Part shown: piece after piece, positions 34,406 through 44,284 of the stretch
How the letters are laid out: every line of letters begins with the position of its first letter
How positions within the stretch are numbered: position 1 is the first letter of the stretch
NCBI GenBank assembly: GCA_022710775.1
Contig: JAKLGH010000002.1
Coordinates: 12,707 to 76,706, forward strand
Direction of reading: 5' to 3'
Source of the DNA: Patescibacteria group bacterium
Lineage (GTDB): Bacteria > Patescibacteriota > Minisyncoccia > Minisyncoccales > UBA5738
Length of the DNA stretch: 64,000 nt
Translations under genes and position numbers: made by a program
The notes under the pieces: model-generated
Database searches by the model: none
What the model was told of the DNA's origin: nothing
Seen by the model: only the letters and a program-made list of their open reading frames with translations

Positions 34406-36103
34406 ATGAAAGAACTTTTATTGAACAAGAAAGGCGAAAAGGTAATGTATCTGGGAAATGAAGCTATTATCAGAGGCGCTCTTGAATCGGGTGTCCAATT
34501 CGTTTCTACGTATCCGGGAACCCCTGCATCCGAGATCGGTAACAATTTTTACGCGCTGTCGAAAGAGCTAAGAGCGGATCCGAAATTTTATTTCGAATTT
34601 TCCACCAACGAAAAAACCGCGACTGAAGCGGCGATCGGCGCTGATTTCTCCGGGCTGAAAACTTTGGTTGCTTACAAGAATTTTGGTTTAAACGTCGCTC
34701 TCGACGCTCTGATGCCGCTGGCCTATACGGGATCCCTCGCGCCTATGGTTGTTGTCGTGGCTGATGATCCTTCCTGCCACAGCTCCGCCCAGAGCGAGGA
34801 AAATACCCGTCCGTTTTCGGCGTTGAGCCATATTCCGATGTTAGAGCCTTCTGACGCGCAGGAATGCAAAGATTATGTGATCGAGGCGTTTAAAATATCG
34901 GAAAAATTCGGAACGCCCGTAATGGTAAGGGTTACAACCCGCGTGGCCCATCAGCGCGCGCCGGTGGTTTTAGGCGAATTGGACCCGAACCGAAAAGTCG
35001 GATTGAAAGGGGAGTTCATCAAGAATAAGAATAAGTTTGTAACCATGATGCCGCGATTGCACGGGATGAAAAAAGAGATGCTGGAGCGCGAAGAGAAATT
35101 GCGGGCGTATTTCGAAAAAAGCGCCTTAAACTATGTTTACCTTGGATCGAAAGACCAAAAAAAGCCTTCGCCGGCCGCCATCGCTGCGGCGGTTAAAAAA
35201 GCAAAGATCGGCATCATTACTTCCGGCATTTCTTATCTGCACGCGCTGGAAGCTCTGGAAGCGCTTAAGTTGAATATTCCGGTTTTGAAATTAGGCACTT
35301 TCTATCCATTGCCGGAACTTAAGGTTAAGGAATTTATCAAGCCTTTAAAAAAAGTTCTGGTGCTTGAGGAGCTTGAGCCATATTTGGAGAAAAGCGTTCA
35401 GATGCTGGCCAAAGATGCGAACTGCAAATTAAAAATCCACGGCGCGGACCTTCGTTCCCAGATAGGAGAGATGAAACCGGAAACCGCGGCTTACGCCATT
35501 GCCAATTTTGCCGGAAGGAAATATCCGCTTCCGGTTTTTAAACCCGGTTTCGAAATTCCCAGCCGCCTGCCCCAGCTCTGTCCCGGTTGTCCCTATTGGC
35601 TGGCTTTCTCGGCGGTCAAAAAGGCGGTTGACGAGAAAGAAGTGATTTTCGGCGGGGATATCGGCTGCTATATGCTTGGTGCTTTGCCGCCGCACAGCCT
35701 GTACGATTACATGTTTTGCATGGGGTCTTCGATCGGCATCGCCCACGGGATAAAAAAAGCGACCAACCAGAAAGTGATTGCTTTCATCGGGGACGGAACT
35801 TTTTTCCACGCCGGAATAGAGGGCTTGCTGAACGCCGTTTATAACGGATCCAATCCTCTTATTATCATTCTTAATAACCAAATAACGGCGATGACCGGCC
35901 ACCAGCCGCATCCTGATTCCGCCGGCGTCGAGCATCCGGTTCCGATCGAGAAAGTGGTGGAAGCTTGCGGGGTCAAACACTTAAAGATCGTTGACCAGGG
36001 AAACCAGGAAGAATTTATTGCCGCGGTGAAAGAGATGGTTGGCTTGCCCGAGGTAGCCGTCATTATTGCCCGCCGGCCCTGCAAGTTCGTGAAAAAAGAT
36101 TAA
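34406..36103 (+). CDS. iorA: Indolepyruvate/2-oxoacid:ferredoxin oxidoreductase, alpha (TPP-binding) subunit
   Basis: LGNEAIIRGALESGVQFVSTYPGTPASEI N-terminus and a GDIGCY...GDGTFFH TPP-binding region. Confidence 0.8.
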   Translation: MKELLLNKKGEKVMYLGNEAIIRGALESGVQFVSTYPGTPASEIGNNFYALSKELRADPKFYFEFSTNEKTATEAAIGADFSGLKTLVAYKNFGLNVALDALMPLAYTGSLAPMVVVVADDPSCHSSAQSEENTRPFSALSHIPMLEPSDAQECKDYVIEAFKISEKFGTPVMVRVTTRVAHQRAPVVLGELDPNRKVGLKGEFIKNKNKFVTMMPRLHGMKKEMLEREEKLRAYFEKSALNYVYLGSKDQKKPSPAAIAAAVKKAKIGIITSGISYLHALEALEALKLNIPVLKLGTFYPLPELKVKEFIKPLKKVLVLEELEPYLEKSVQMLAKDANCKLKIHGADLRSQIGEMKPETAAYAIANFAGRKYPLPVFKPGFEIPSRLPQLCPGCPYWLAFSAVKKAVDEKEVIFGGDIGCYMLGALPPHSLYDYMFCMGSSIGIAHGIKKATNQKVIAFIGDGTFFHAGIEGLLNAVYNGSNPLIIILNNQITAMTGHQPHPDSAGVEHPVPIEKVVEACGVKHLKIVDQGNQEEFIAAVKEMVGLPEVAVIIARRPCKFVKKD

Positions 36104-36211
36104 CCCGGATTCCGGACGGAAAAATAAAAAAGAGCCGCTTTTGACACCATATAAAAACTATGGTAAAAAAATAGCGGCTCTTTTAATCCAAAGAGCAATG
36201 GAGAGATCTTT

Positions 36212-36418
36212 TTGGTAAAGAAAAAAACACAGCCAAATAAAGAGGAATTGCGTTTGAACAAGCGTAAAAAATCTACCGTTTGCAAAAAGTGCGGGTTTAA
36301 ATTTCCTTGCGGAGGCATATTTAAATGCTTTTGCGGAATAACGCACCAATGCACTTTAACTGACGGGGTTGTTATGGCGATTCCTTTGGCTATCGAGGAG
36401 GGATTGGATAAAAACTGA
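36212..36418 (+). CDS. Candidate small Lys/Cys-rich protein (68 aa), hypothetical
   Basis: A TTG start with GGAGAG 8 nt upstream (the same SD as 13248). The Cys cluster is CKKCGFKFPCGGIFKCFCGITHQC. It lies in the iorA-iorB gap, immediately 5' of RNA element copy B. Confidence 0.3.
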   Translation: MVKKKTQPNKEELRLNKRKKSTVCKKCGFKFPCGGIFKCFCGITHQCTLTDGVVMAIPLAIEEGLDKN

Positions 36419-36545
36419 TTATTTTGTGACCACGGGTAAGCCCTGGGAACAAAATAAGGAGGAGTCCAGAGGAAGCATCCTCTGGCCGCCTGCGTGGCTT
36501 CATACCACGCCGGGCGAATCTCCAATGGAAGAATACTTAATTGAT
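36417..36545 (+). ncRNA. Copy B of the multi-copy structured RNA-like element (unclassified)
   Basis: The same 28-nt 5' block as copy A. Hairpins are CCAGAGG-aagcat-CCTCTGG (a perfect 7 bp) and GCGTGG-cttcata-CCACGC, followed by CGGGCGAA. The 3' end is ggaagaatacttaattgat. Confidence 0.5.
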
Positions 36546-36584
36546 TTCAAACCATTGCCTAAGCACAATTTTTTAACACCATTT

Positions 36585-36612
36585 TTTGGTGTTTTCTCTT
36601 GTTTGCTCCAAG
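36585..36612 (+). terminator. Rho-independent terminator downstream of RNA element copy B
   Basis: aacacca-tttttt-ggtgtt followed by a T-rich tract. Confidence 0.55.
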
Positions 36613-36721
36613 GCGTGGTTGAAAGTTAAGCGAATATTTAATACGATAATACTATTGAAAGAAGTTTTTTATCCGCGGCCATTTGCGGAAACGCCGTTTA
36701 AAGCGATAAGCGTATAACCAT

Positions 36722-37366
36722 ATGAAAAAAACAGTAAAAAAAACAAAACCAGTGAAAAAACCGGCAGCCAAACCGGCAGAAAGAAAAAATTTCAATATCG
36801 TCATCGTCGGTACGGGAGGGCAAGGCTTGATAACTTTGCTTGATATTTTGGCTCGCGCGTCGCAGAACCAGGGCTTTGATACCAAAACATCGGAATTGCA
36901 CGGCCTTTCCCAGCGCGGCGGTTCGGTTGAGGTGCATATTCGGTTCGGTTCCAGCGTGCGATCGCCTTTGGTTGCAAAATCGTCAGCCGATTTGATCCTG
37001 GGCCTAGAAATGCAAGAATGTTTGAAAGCGGCTTATTTTGCCGGTCCGGACACCGCATATCTTATTAACCAGAATATTACTCCTATTCCGGGCAAAGAAC
37101 CTTTGGCCCAAGAAGCGATCGTTAAGAATCTTAAAAAGTATACTAAAAAAATCGAAGTGGTGGCAGCCAACGAGCTATGCCAGAAAGAACTGGGCACGCC
37201 CGTAGTGTCAGGGATATTCCTGTTAAGCCTGGCGGTATTCAAGAAAATGATTCCGCTGGAGCCCCAAACTATGCTTGAGGCGATTAAGCAGACTGTTGCG
37301 CCCAAATACCTGGAACTTAACGTAAAAACATTTGAATTGGCTCAAAAATACGCTGAAAACAAATAG
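36722..37366 (+). CDS. iorB: Indolepyruvate/2-oxoacid:ferredoxin oxidoreductase, beta (gamma-family) subunit
   Basis: NIVIVGTGGQGLITLLDILA...ELHGLSQRGGSV matches the POR-gamma/IorB family. Confidence 0.75.
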   Translation: MKKTVKKTKPVKKPAAKPAERKNFNIVIVGTGGQGLITLLDILARASQNQGFDTKTSELHGLSQRGGSVEVHIRFGSSVRSPLVAKSSADLILGLEMQECLKAAYFAGPDTAYLINQNITPIPGKEPLAQEAIVKNLKKYTKKIEVVAANELCQKELGTPVVSGIFLLSLAVFKKMIPLEPQTMLEAIKQTVAPKYLELNVKTFELAQKYAENK

Positions 37367-37427
37367 TTTTATTCTTAAAAAGAAAAAATCCGGCTTAAGC
37401 CGGATTTTTTTGCAGTTTTGTTTTTTC

Positions 37428-38687
37428 CTAGATACGCTCGATCTTGGCGCCCATTTTTTGGAGTTTTTCGTCGATCTTTTCGTAGCCGCGGTCGATGTGC
37501 ATCACATTCTCCACGGTTGTTTCTCCTTTGGCGGTCAGGCCGGCCAAAATCAGGGCCGCGCCGGAACGGATGTCGGAAGCATCAACCCTGTTGCCTATCA
37601 GTTCAGTTTTCCCGAAAATCAGCGCCCGGTGGGGGTCGGTGATTTCGATATCGGCTCCCATTTTCCGCAGTTCCTGAAGATGCTGGAAGCGATTTTCGTA
37701 AAGCGGTTCATGGATCAGGCTTTTTCCCTGGGCTTGGGTGAGTAGTACCGCGGTTTGGGGTTGCAGGTCGGTCGGGAAGCCGGGGTAGGGCAAAGCCTGG
37801 ATTTTTTGGGCGATGAATCCCACGGAAGGTTTTACGTAGATCTCATGCTCTCCGGCTTCGAAATTCACGCCGATGTCTTTCATTTTTTCCAAAAAAAACG
37901 TCAGAGGGTCGGGATCAACGTTTTTAATAGCGCCTTCGCCGCCCGTTAAAGCGATAGCGATTAAAAACGTGCCGGCTTCCAGCAGGTCGGGGCAGATTTT
38001 ATGCGTGGTTCCCGTTAATTTTTCCGATCCTTCGATCTTAACCGTGTGGGTGCCCAGACCCGAAACTTTCGCGCCCATGTTCTTAAGCATAAAGCCTAGG
38101 TCTTGGACTTGCGGTTCGGCGGCCGCAATCTCGATGGTGGTTTTAACGGGAATAGATGCGGCCAGCATCATGATGTTTTCCGTGGCCGTGACCGAGAATT
38201 CCTTCAAAATTATCCGGTTGTTTTCGAAATTGGCGGGAGCTTCAAAGTTATAGAAACCTTTTTCTTCCTCAATGATTACCCCCATTTTTTTCAGGGCTTC
38301 CAAATGGATCTTGATCGGACGGAGGCCGATCTTGTCGCCGCCCGGATGGGGGACTTTGAATTTCTTAAAGCGAGCCAAAAACGGCCCGATCAAAAGAACC
38401 GAGACCCGCATTTTTTCAAAGAGATTGTAGGGGATCTTATCCGGGGACATGTTCCGCGGATCGATCTTTATAATTTTTGGTTCCAGCCATTCGATCTTTG
38501 CCCCCATCTGCTTCATGATTTCGATTTGGTCGAGGGCGTCTGAAACCAGGGGGATGTTTTCGATTACCGAAGGTTCGTCCGATAAAATAGCCGCCGACAG
38601 GATCGCTCCGGCCGAGTTTTTATAACCCGATATCTCCACTTCGCCCCTTAACGGGATGCCGCCGCGGATCAAGAATTTTTTTGCCAT
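37428..38687 (-). CDS. murA: UDP-N-acetylglucosamine 1-carboxyvinyltransferase
   Basis: The start is taken at MAKKFLIRGG (38687). KNSAGAILSAAIL and an EPSP-synthase fold pattern are present. The active-site loop reads PGGDKIGLRPI. Confidence 0.93.
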   Translation of the reverse strand: MAKKFLIRGGIPLRGEVEISGYKNSAGAILSAAILSDEPSVIENIPLVSDALDQIEIMKQMGAKIEWLEPKIIKIDPRNMSPDKIPYNLFEKMRVSVLLIGPFLARFKKFKVPHPGGDKIGLRPIKIHLEALKKMGVIIEEEKGFYNFEAPANFENNRIILKEFSVTATENIMMLAASIPVKTTIEIAAAEPQVQDLGFMLKNMGAKVSGLGTHTVKIEGSEKLTGTTHKICPDLLEAGTFLIAIALTGGEGAIKNVDPDPLTFFLEKMKDIGVNFEAGEHEIYVKPSVGFIAQKIQALPYPGFPTDLQPQTAVLLTQAQGKSLIHEPLYENRFQHLQELRKMGADIEITDPHRALIFGKTELIGNRVDASDIRSGAALILAGLTAKGETTVENVMHIDRGYEKIDEKLQKMGAKIERI

Positions 38688-38814
38688 AGGTGTTTGTATT
38701 GCCGTCAATTCGTAATTTAACTCAATGATACGAAAAAATACCAAGGCTGTCAAAAGAAAGAACGCGGCCAAAAATTATAAAAGCAGAGGCTCGTCCTCTG
38801 CTTGCTGCTCGCGG

Positions 38815-39309
38815 TTATGCCGCGAAGTCGGTGGTGGCGTTAATACCTGCCAGTCCGATTCCGATCCGGGTATAAACCGGATTGAGCATATTTGTGTTAT
38901 GACCGAGGCTGTTTTTCCATCCCCCAAAGAAATCTTGGGGGGAACCATCAACCGTGATTGTGATTGTGGTTGTGCATTGGCTGCCCCAGCATCTCGTCTC
39001 GGTGGCCGTACTAATTGTGGCCTGCCCGATGTTCTCTGCGGCTGTTCCACCCCACGCAGCCGCCCTTACATCAAATATTGTTTCCCCCGGGCAGTTATGG
39101 GCAAACTGTCCGGTTCGGTTCATCCACTCGCTATGTTCCTGTGCCGCCTGGCTCATTATCGGGTCTATAGTGAGAGGCCCTATGCCATTTGTGGCGCGAT
39201 GCTGGTTGATTAATTCCAGCAGACTGTTTGCGAACTGCTCATCCGCAGCGGTAACGTACGGTACCGCCAGCATCAGGGCCATTAGGCCCAGTAGCCAAAT
39301 CTTCATCAA
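38815..39309 (-). CDS. Secreted CAP/SCP (PR-1-like, YkwD-type) domain protein
   Basis: A signal peptide (MMKIWLLGLMALMLAV), then LINQHRATNG...HSEWM...FAH...GENI...GHNTNMLNP..IGIG. Confidence 0.7.
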   Translation of the reverse strand: MMKIWLLGLMALMLAVPYVTAADEQFANSLLELINQHRATNGIGPLTIDPIMSQAAQEHSEWMNRTGQFAHNCPGETIFDVRAAAWGGTAAENIGQATISTATETRCWGSQCTTTITITVDGSPQDFFGGWKNSLGHNTNMLNPVYTRIGIGLAGINATTDFAA

Positions 39310-39445
39310 GATTCCTCTTTTCTGACTTAATTATAGCATAAAATACATATTTTGTCAACAAAAAACAGGGGGAGTTTGCCGGGTTTTTCCCTGGATTTTT
39401 TAGCCAATTAAGGTATATAATTAAGAAACTAACAATAAATTAACC

Positions 39446-40465
39446 ATGGCGGCAAAGCGAAAAAGCCAAGCGAATAAGCAAGAAACCGTTGTTTGTTTTG
39501 GCGGCGGCAACGGCATAACCAAATATTTGATTGGGCCTCTGAAAAAGGATTACCGGATTGTGGCGGCTACCTCGATGGTGGACAGCGGCATGTCCGCGGG
39601 CCAGCTTCGGCAGGATCTGGGGGTTTTGCCTCCAGGCGATTTGGTGAAGCAATTGGCCGCGGTGTCGGACGCCCGCGAATGGAAGGTGAAATTATGGAAA
39701 AAGCGGTTCGGCCGGGAGCAGTTTTTGGCGGGCCACGTCGGCCATACCTTCGGTAATCTTTATCTGGCCGGGATTGAGCACATTACCGGAAGTTTCGCCA
39801 AAGCATTGAGCGAAGCCGAGATTTTTCTGGAGCTTGGCCGCCATCGAGCCTATCCGGCTACGACCGACAATGTCCAGCTGTGCGCCGAACTGGAAAACGG
39901 GGAGGTGATCGTTGGGGAAGACGAGATCGACGAGCCGGCAAAGCATGACCCGGGTTTAAAGATAAAGCGGGTTTTTCTTGAGCCGGAAGCAAAAGCTTTC
40001 AAACCGCTGTTAAAAGAGATAGCCGCGGCCAAAGCGGTAATTTTTGGGCCAAGCGATTTTTATTCCAGTTTGGTTCCGTGCCTCTTGCCGGCCGGGATAT
40101 CTAAGGCGCTGGCCAAAACATCAGCCAAAAAGATTTTCATTGCCAACACCGTGACCGAAAGCGGGGAGACTGGCGGGTTTTCGATTGAGGATTTTGTTTC
40201 GGTCCTGGAAAAATACATGGGTTGTCCGCTCGACCATATTATCATGCAGTATCCGCCGGTTTCCGAAGAATCAGTTTTGCGATGGAAAAAGAATTACCCG
40301 AGCATTATGGAAACCGTGGCCGGCCGGGTCGGTCTGGACGGAAGAAAATTCATTAAAACCGATATTATGATGCCGGACGGAGAATTCGGATACGACCCAA
40401 AAAAGATTAAAAAAGCTATTATAAGATTAATTAATAATAGAAAGAAAAAAAAGCAAAAATTCTAG
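39446..40465 (+). CDS. yvcK: YvcK/CofD-family (UPF0052, gluconeogenesis-factor-like) protein
   Basis: VCFGGGNG...AATSMVDSGMSAGQLRQDLGVLPPGD pattern. Confidence 0.8.
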   Translation: MAAKRKSQANKQETVVCFGGGNGITKYLIGPLKKDYRIVAATSMVDSGMSAGQLRQDLGVLPPGDLVKQLAAVSDAREWKVKLWKKRFGREQFLAGHVGHTFGNLYLAGIEHITGSFAKALSEAEIFLELGRHRAYPATTDNVQLCAELENGEVIVGEDEIDEPAKHDPGLKIKRVFLEPEAKAFKPLLKEIAAAKAVIFGPSDFYSSLVPCLLPAGISKALAKTSAKKIFIANTVTESGETGGFSIEDFVSVLEKYMGCPLDHIIMQYPPVSEESVLRWKKNYPSIMETVAGRVGLDGRKFIKTDIMMPDGEFGYDPKKIKKAIIRLINNRKKKKQKF

Positions 40466-40469
40466 AACT

Positions 40470-41744
40470 ATGGACAATTTTCCAAAACAAGCCGTGATTT
40501 TAGCCGCGGGTGAATCGTCAAGGTGCTGGCCGTTGAACTCGGTTCACAAAAGTTTGTTTAAAATAATGGGCAAACCGCTGATCTGGTATACTATTAATGC
40601 TTTAAGCGAAGCCGGTATTAAAGAAATTATTCTGATCCAGGGGCCGAAACGGGATATCGAAGAAGAGCTGAAAAAATACGATTTGTCTGCCAAAAATATT
40701 CAATACGTGGTTCAGCCGGCGCCCTCCGGAATTGGCGACGCGCTATTGCGCGCCAAAGATATCTTGCGCGGCCAGTTTTTCGTGCTATGGGCCCATCAGA
40801 TCGATTGCCAGGAGAATGTCAGGAACATGATCGCGAAAAGCTTGGAAACCAAGGCGAAAACCGTGCTGGTCGGCCAAATGACCAAAACCGCCTGGTTATA
40901 CGGGATTGCCCGCATGGTCGGAGAATCGGTGAAGGAGATCGTGGAAAAGCCGCAAGCCGGGCAGGAGCCGTCCAATATCCGCATCGTCGGCACTTATTTG
41001 CTGGACGAAAAACTTATTGATTATTTTAAAAAAACCGCCACCGACGCCTACGATTTTGAGAAAACCCTCTCGCTGTACATGGCTGATAACGACGCGCGGA
41101 TTGTGATGATTAATGAGGATTACAAAGCCGCTTCCCTTAAATATCCCTGGCATTTTTTTAATCTCAATAAATACTTGCTCGATAAATATTTAACCAAAAA
41201 GAATATTGCCAAAAACGCCAAGGTTGCCAAAAACGCGGTAATTGACGGGAATGTAATTATTTGCGATAACGCCAGGATATTGGAAGGGGCTGTAATCAAA
41301 GGCCCGTGCTACATCGGACCCGGTTCGGTTGTCGGCAACAATTCTATTGTCCGCGATTATTGCAACTTGGAGAACAACGCGGTTATCGGCGCGCTATGCG
41401 AAACATCAAGGACGATCTTCCAACCCGATGTCCACGTCCATTCCGGTTATTTTGGCGATTCGATCTTTGCTTCCGGTTGCCGTGTTGGGGCCGGAACAGT
41501 AACAGCCAACGTGCGGCTTGACCGGGAAGGAGTAAAAGTAAAAACGAAAAAGGAAAGCAACGGCGTTAAGAAGATCGTTGAACTTGAAACCGGATTGAAA
41601 TCGCTCGGCTTGATCGCCGGGAACAACGTTAAGATCGGAGTGCAGTCAACTTTCATGCCCGGCGTTTTGTTGGGAAAAGACAGTTTTATCGGCCCCAAAG
41701 CCCTGGTAAAAGAAAATTTGGAAAACGGGCAAAAATTTTTCTAA
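40470..41744 (+). CDS. Sugar-phosphate nucleotidyltransferase with C-terminal left-handed beta-helix (GlmU-like architecture)
   Basis: AVILAAGESSRCWPL...K.L..I.GKPL N-terminal NTP-transferase motif, followed by hexapeptide-repeat-like I/V-G repeats in the C-terminal third. Confidence 0.7.
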   Translation: MDNFPKQAVILAAGESSRCWPLNSVHKSLFKIMGKPLIWYTINALSEAGIKEIILIQGPKRDIEEELKKYDLSAKNIQYVVQPAPSGIGDALLRAKDILRGQFFVLWAHQIDCQENVRNMIAKSLETKAKTVLVGQMTKTAWLYGIARMVGESVKEIVEKPQAGQEPSNIRIVGTYLLDEKLIDYFKKTATDAYDFEKTLSLYMADNDARIVMINEDYKAASLKYPWHFFNLNKYLLDKYLTKKNIAKNAKVAKNAVIDGNVIICDNARILEGAVIKGPCYIGPGSVVGNNSIVRDYCNLENNAVIGALCETSRTIFQPDVHVHSGYFGDSIFASGCRVGAGTVTANVRLDREGVKVKTKKESNGVKKIVELETGLKSLGLIAGNNVKIGVQSTFMPGVLLGKDSFIGPKALVKENLENGQKFF

Positions 41745-41848
41745 AATAGCTATCAATCGGTTTAAAAGAAAGACGATCCACCAGGATCGTTTTTTTTGTT
41801 GACAAAATTTCCAAAAACATTATTATCCCTTACAAGGGAGGAAGTTTA

Positions 41849-42142
41849 TTGCCCCAAAGTGAGCTTGAATTACCTGAAGACTGGCCGTATTGCTTTATTA
41901 GCGGCAGTTCGCTATTTGCGGTTGATCCGTTATTGGCCTGTCTGAAGACCACTCATCCGGAGTGGAAAGTGAGGGATATCAAAACCGGAAAAGCCGTTAC
42001 CGAAGCCTGGATAGATGAATTTATCCAAAAAAAAGACGGCTGGAAGGCAAAAAAGGAAAAACTATTAACGAAGCAAAGAGTGGTTGTGCTGCTTCAAAAG
42101 AAAGGCATAATAGAACCTTTAAAGAGCATACGTAAAAAGTGA
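41849..42142 (+). CDS. Hypothetical protein (97 aa)
   Basis: A TTG start with GGGAGGA SD, a TTGACA-16-TATTAT promoter at about 41801-41828, and the palindrome GTGACGCG-a-CGCGTCAC after the stop. Confidence 0.45.
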   Translation: MPQSELELPEDWPYCFISGSSLFAVDPLLACLKTTHPEWKVRDIKTGKAVTEAWIDEFIQKKDGWKAKKEKLLTKQRVVVLLQKKGIIEPLKSIRKK

Positions 42143-42217
42143 CGCGACGCGTCACTCTTTTCTTGTTCGCGTCCATGATAAAATAAAAAAAGAGTAATCG
42201 CTAACAATTAAAGAGAA

Positions 42218-43153
42218 ATGATAAAAAACAGCAAATTTGTTATCGGAGTTGATGCCGGGGCGACTAAAACCCTGGCGGTTCTGGCCGATGAAAACGGAAA
42301 GATATTGAAAGAAGGAAAAGGCGCGGCGGCAAGCCTGAGGGATAATGGGATCGATGGGGCGTGCGAGAGCGTCGCAACGGCGATCGCTAAGTTGCTGGTT
42401 AGGAAACTGCCGGGCGAAATCGTTTCAACTTATATTGGGTTTCCGGCCATGGCCGAAGAATTCAAAAAAAGAAAAAAAGAAATTATTGGACAGCTGGCAA
42501 AAAATAAAAGGATAAATATTATATTCAAAGGGAAGGTTAATATCGATTCCGACCAGCTTGTCGCTTATCGGGCGGGTACGGATTCCAAAGACGGGATAGT
42601 TGCGATTGCGGGGACGGGATGCGTTGTCCGCGGATGGCACGGGGAAAAAGAAGTGAAGGTAAGCGGCTGGGGCTGGCTTTCCAACGAGGGGTCGGCTTTC
42701 TGGATCGGGAAAAAAGTATTTTTGGCGATCCTTAAAAGTTATGACGGCAGGGAGCAAAAAACTCTTTTGACCGATATGGTTTTTAAGGAGTTCCGCTTGA
42801 AAAACATTGATAATCTAATGACTTTCGTTTACAAAAAACCAGCCGCTAATTTGCCGCTATTCGCAAAGGTTTGCGATGATGCGTCCCAGGCAAATGACGG
42901 GATAGCGAGCCAGATCCTGCACGAAACCGGCCAGGAGATCGCCAGTTCGGTACTGGCGGCGGCAAAACAGCTTAATTTTCCCAAAGATGAAGAAATTACC
43001 CTGGTTGCGGCAGGAGGAGTATTCAAGGCTCATCTTGCTTATTATTCTTTCGAGGTTAATTTAAAAAAAGAAGAACAGTTCGATTTTGCCATCTCAAGAC
43101 CGGATTTACCCGTTACCGGGGCCGTTAAGCTTGCCTTGGAATCTGTCAAATGA
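42218..43153 (+). CDS. BadF/BadG/BcrA/BcrD-type ATPase (N-acetylglucosamine-kinase-like)
   Basis: VIGVDAGATKT phosphate-1 motif and AGTG / GWGW..EGSA motifs of the ASKHA sugar-kinase family. Confidence 0.65.
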   Translation: MIKNSKFVIGVDAGATKTLAVLADENGKILKEGKGAAASLRDNGIDGACESVATAIAKLLVRKLPGEIVSTYIGFPAMAEEFKKRKKEIIGQLAKNKRINIIFKGKVNIDSDQLVAYRAGTDSKDGIVAIAGTGCVVRGWHGEKEVKVSGWGWLSNEGSAFWIGKKVFLAILKSYDGREQKTLLTDMVFKEFRLKNIDNLMTFVYKKPAANLPLFAKVCDDASQANDGIASQILHETGQEIASSVLAAAKQLNFPKDEEITLVAAGGVFKAHLAYYSFEVNLKKEEQFDFAISRPDLPVTGAVKLALESVK

Positions 43154-44229
43154 ACAAAAAGATCCATATTCTCGCGATCGAAACGTCCTGCGACGATACG
43201 TCGGTCAGCATAGTTTTGGCCAAAGAAAAAGGCAATTTGCTTAAAGGTTTTAAGGTGGTTTCAAATAAAATGTCTTCGCAAGTTGAGCTTCATGCCGGCT
43301 ATGGCGGTGTATATCCGGCTTTGGCGAAGCGCGAGCACAAGAAGAATCTTCCGCAGGTATTTAAAGCCGCGACCAGGGGTTTTGACGTGAATAAGATCGA
43401 CCTTTTTGCGATCACGGTCGGACCGGGCTTGGACCCTTGTTTATGGACCGGGATAAACTTTATCCAGGAGGTGCTTCCAAATTCAAAGAAACTGTCTGTT
43501 CCGGTCAATCATGTCGAAGCCCATATCCTGGCTAATTTTTTATCCAAAGAGATCGGTGAAGAGGAGTTCTCAAAAAAATATCTTCCTGCGGCAGCTCTCG
43601 CGGTTTCCGGCGGCCATACAATACTGTTTAGGATGGAGAAAATCGGAAAATACGAATTGCTTGGCCAGACGCGCGACGACGCGGCGGGGGAGTGTTTCGA
43701 CAAGACTGCGCGGATTTTGGGGCTGGGTTATCCGGGCGGGCCTCAAATTTCGGAATTAGCCAAGCGGTATGCCAAACGGAAAAAACCGGCTGTTAAGATC
43801 AGCTTCCCCCGGCCGATGCTTAATCAAAAAAATTATGATTTCAGCTTTTCCGGTTTAAAGACTGCGGCTCTTTACTATCACAAAAAACAAAAACCCGAAG
43901 TCGCGGGTTCTAAAGAATATCTGGAGGCGATGAGCTATGAGATCGAACAGGCGATTACGGATGTTTTGGTTGCCAAAACCCTGAAGGCTGCGCTGAACGT
44001 GAAAGCCAGATCGATCATTGCCGGCGGCGGCGTATCTGCGAACGAATTATTGAGAAAAAGGCTGGGGGAGGAAGCTAAAAAATTTAATTTGAAATTATTA
44101 TTGCCTAAAGCTGTTTATTGCGCCGACAATGCGGCTATGATTGGGGTCGCCGCCTATTTCGGGTATCAAAGAGGGGAAGCGGTATCGGATCCCAACGATT
44201 TGAGATCGAACCCGAATTTGCTGATCTGA
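43150..44229 (+). CDS. tsaD: tRNA N6-adenosine threonylcarbamoyltransferase TsaD (Kae1/Gcp)
   Basis: ILAIETSCDDTSVSIV, HVEAHI, SGGHT and GYPGGP motifs. Confidence 0.9.
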   Translation: MNKKIHILAIETSCDDTSVSIVLAKEKGNLLKGFKVVSNKMSSQVELHAGYGGVYPALAKREHKKNLPQVFKAATRGFDVNKIDLFAITVGPGLDPCLWTGINFIQEVLPNSKKLSVPVNHVEAHILANFLSKEIGEEEFSKKYLPAAALAVSGGHTILFRMEKIGKYELLGQTRDDAAGECFDKTARILGLGYPGGPQISELAKRYAKRKKPAVKISFPRPMLNQKNYDFSFSGLKTAALYYHKKQKPEVAGSKEYLEAMSYEIEQAITDVLVAKTLKAALNVKARSIIAGGGVSANELLRKRLGEEAKKFNLKLLLPKAVYCADNAAMIGVAAYFGYQRGEAVSDPNDLRSNPNLLI

Positions 44230-44284
44230 AAAAGAGGAATACAGGACTCCGGAATTGCAAAAGAAAAGAACCCTGTTTGAGGGT

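Noticed and set aside
36369-36629. An 86-aa ORF reading through RNA element copy B, and the 141-aa antisense ORF 36100..36525.
   Set aside because: The reading frame is not preserved in copy A, where the same sequence has stops and indels. Conservation follows RNA hairpins rather than codons.
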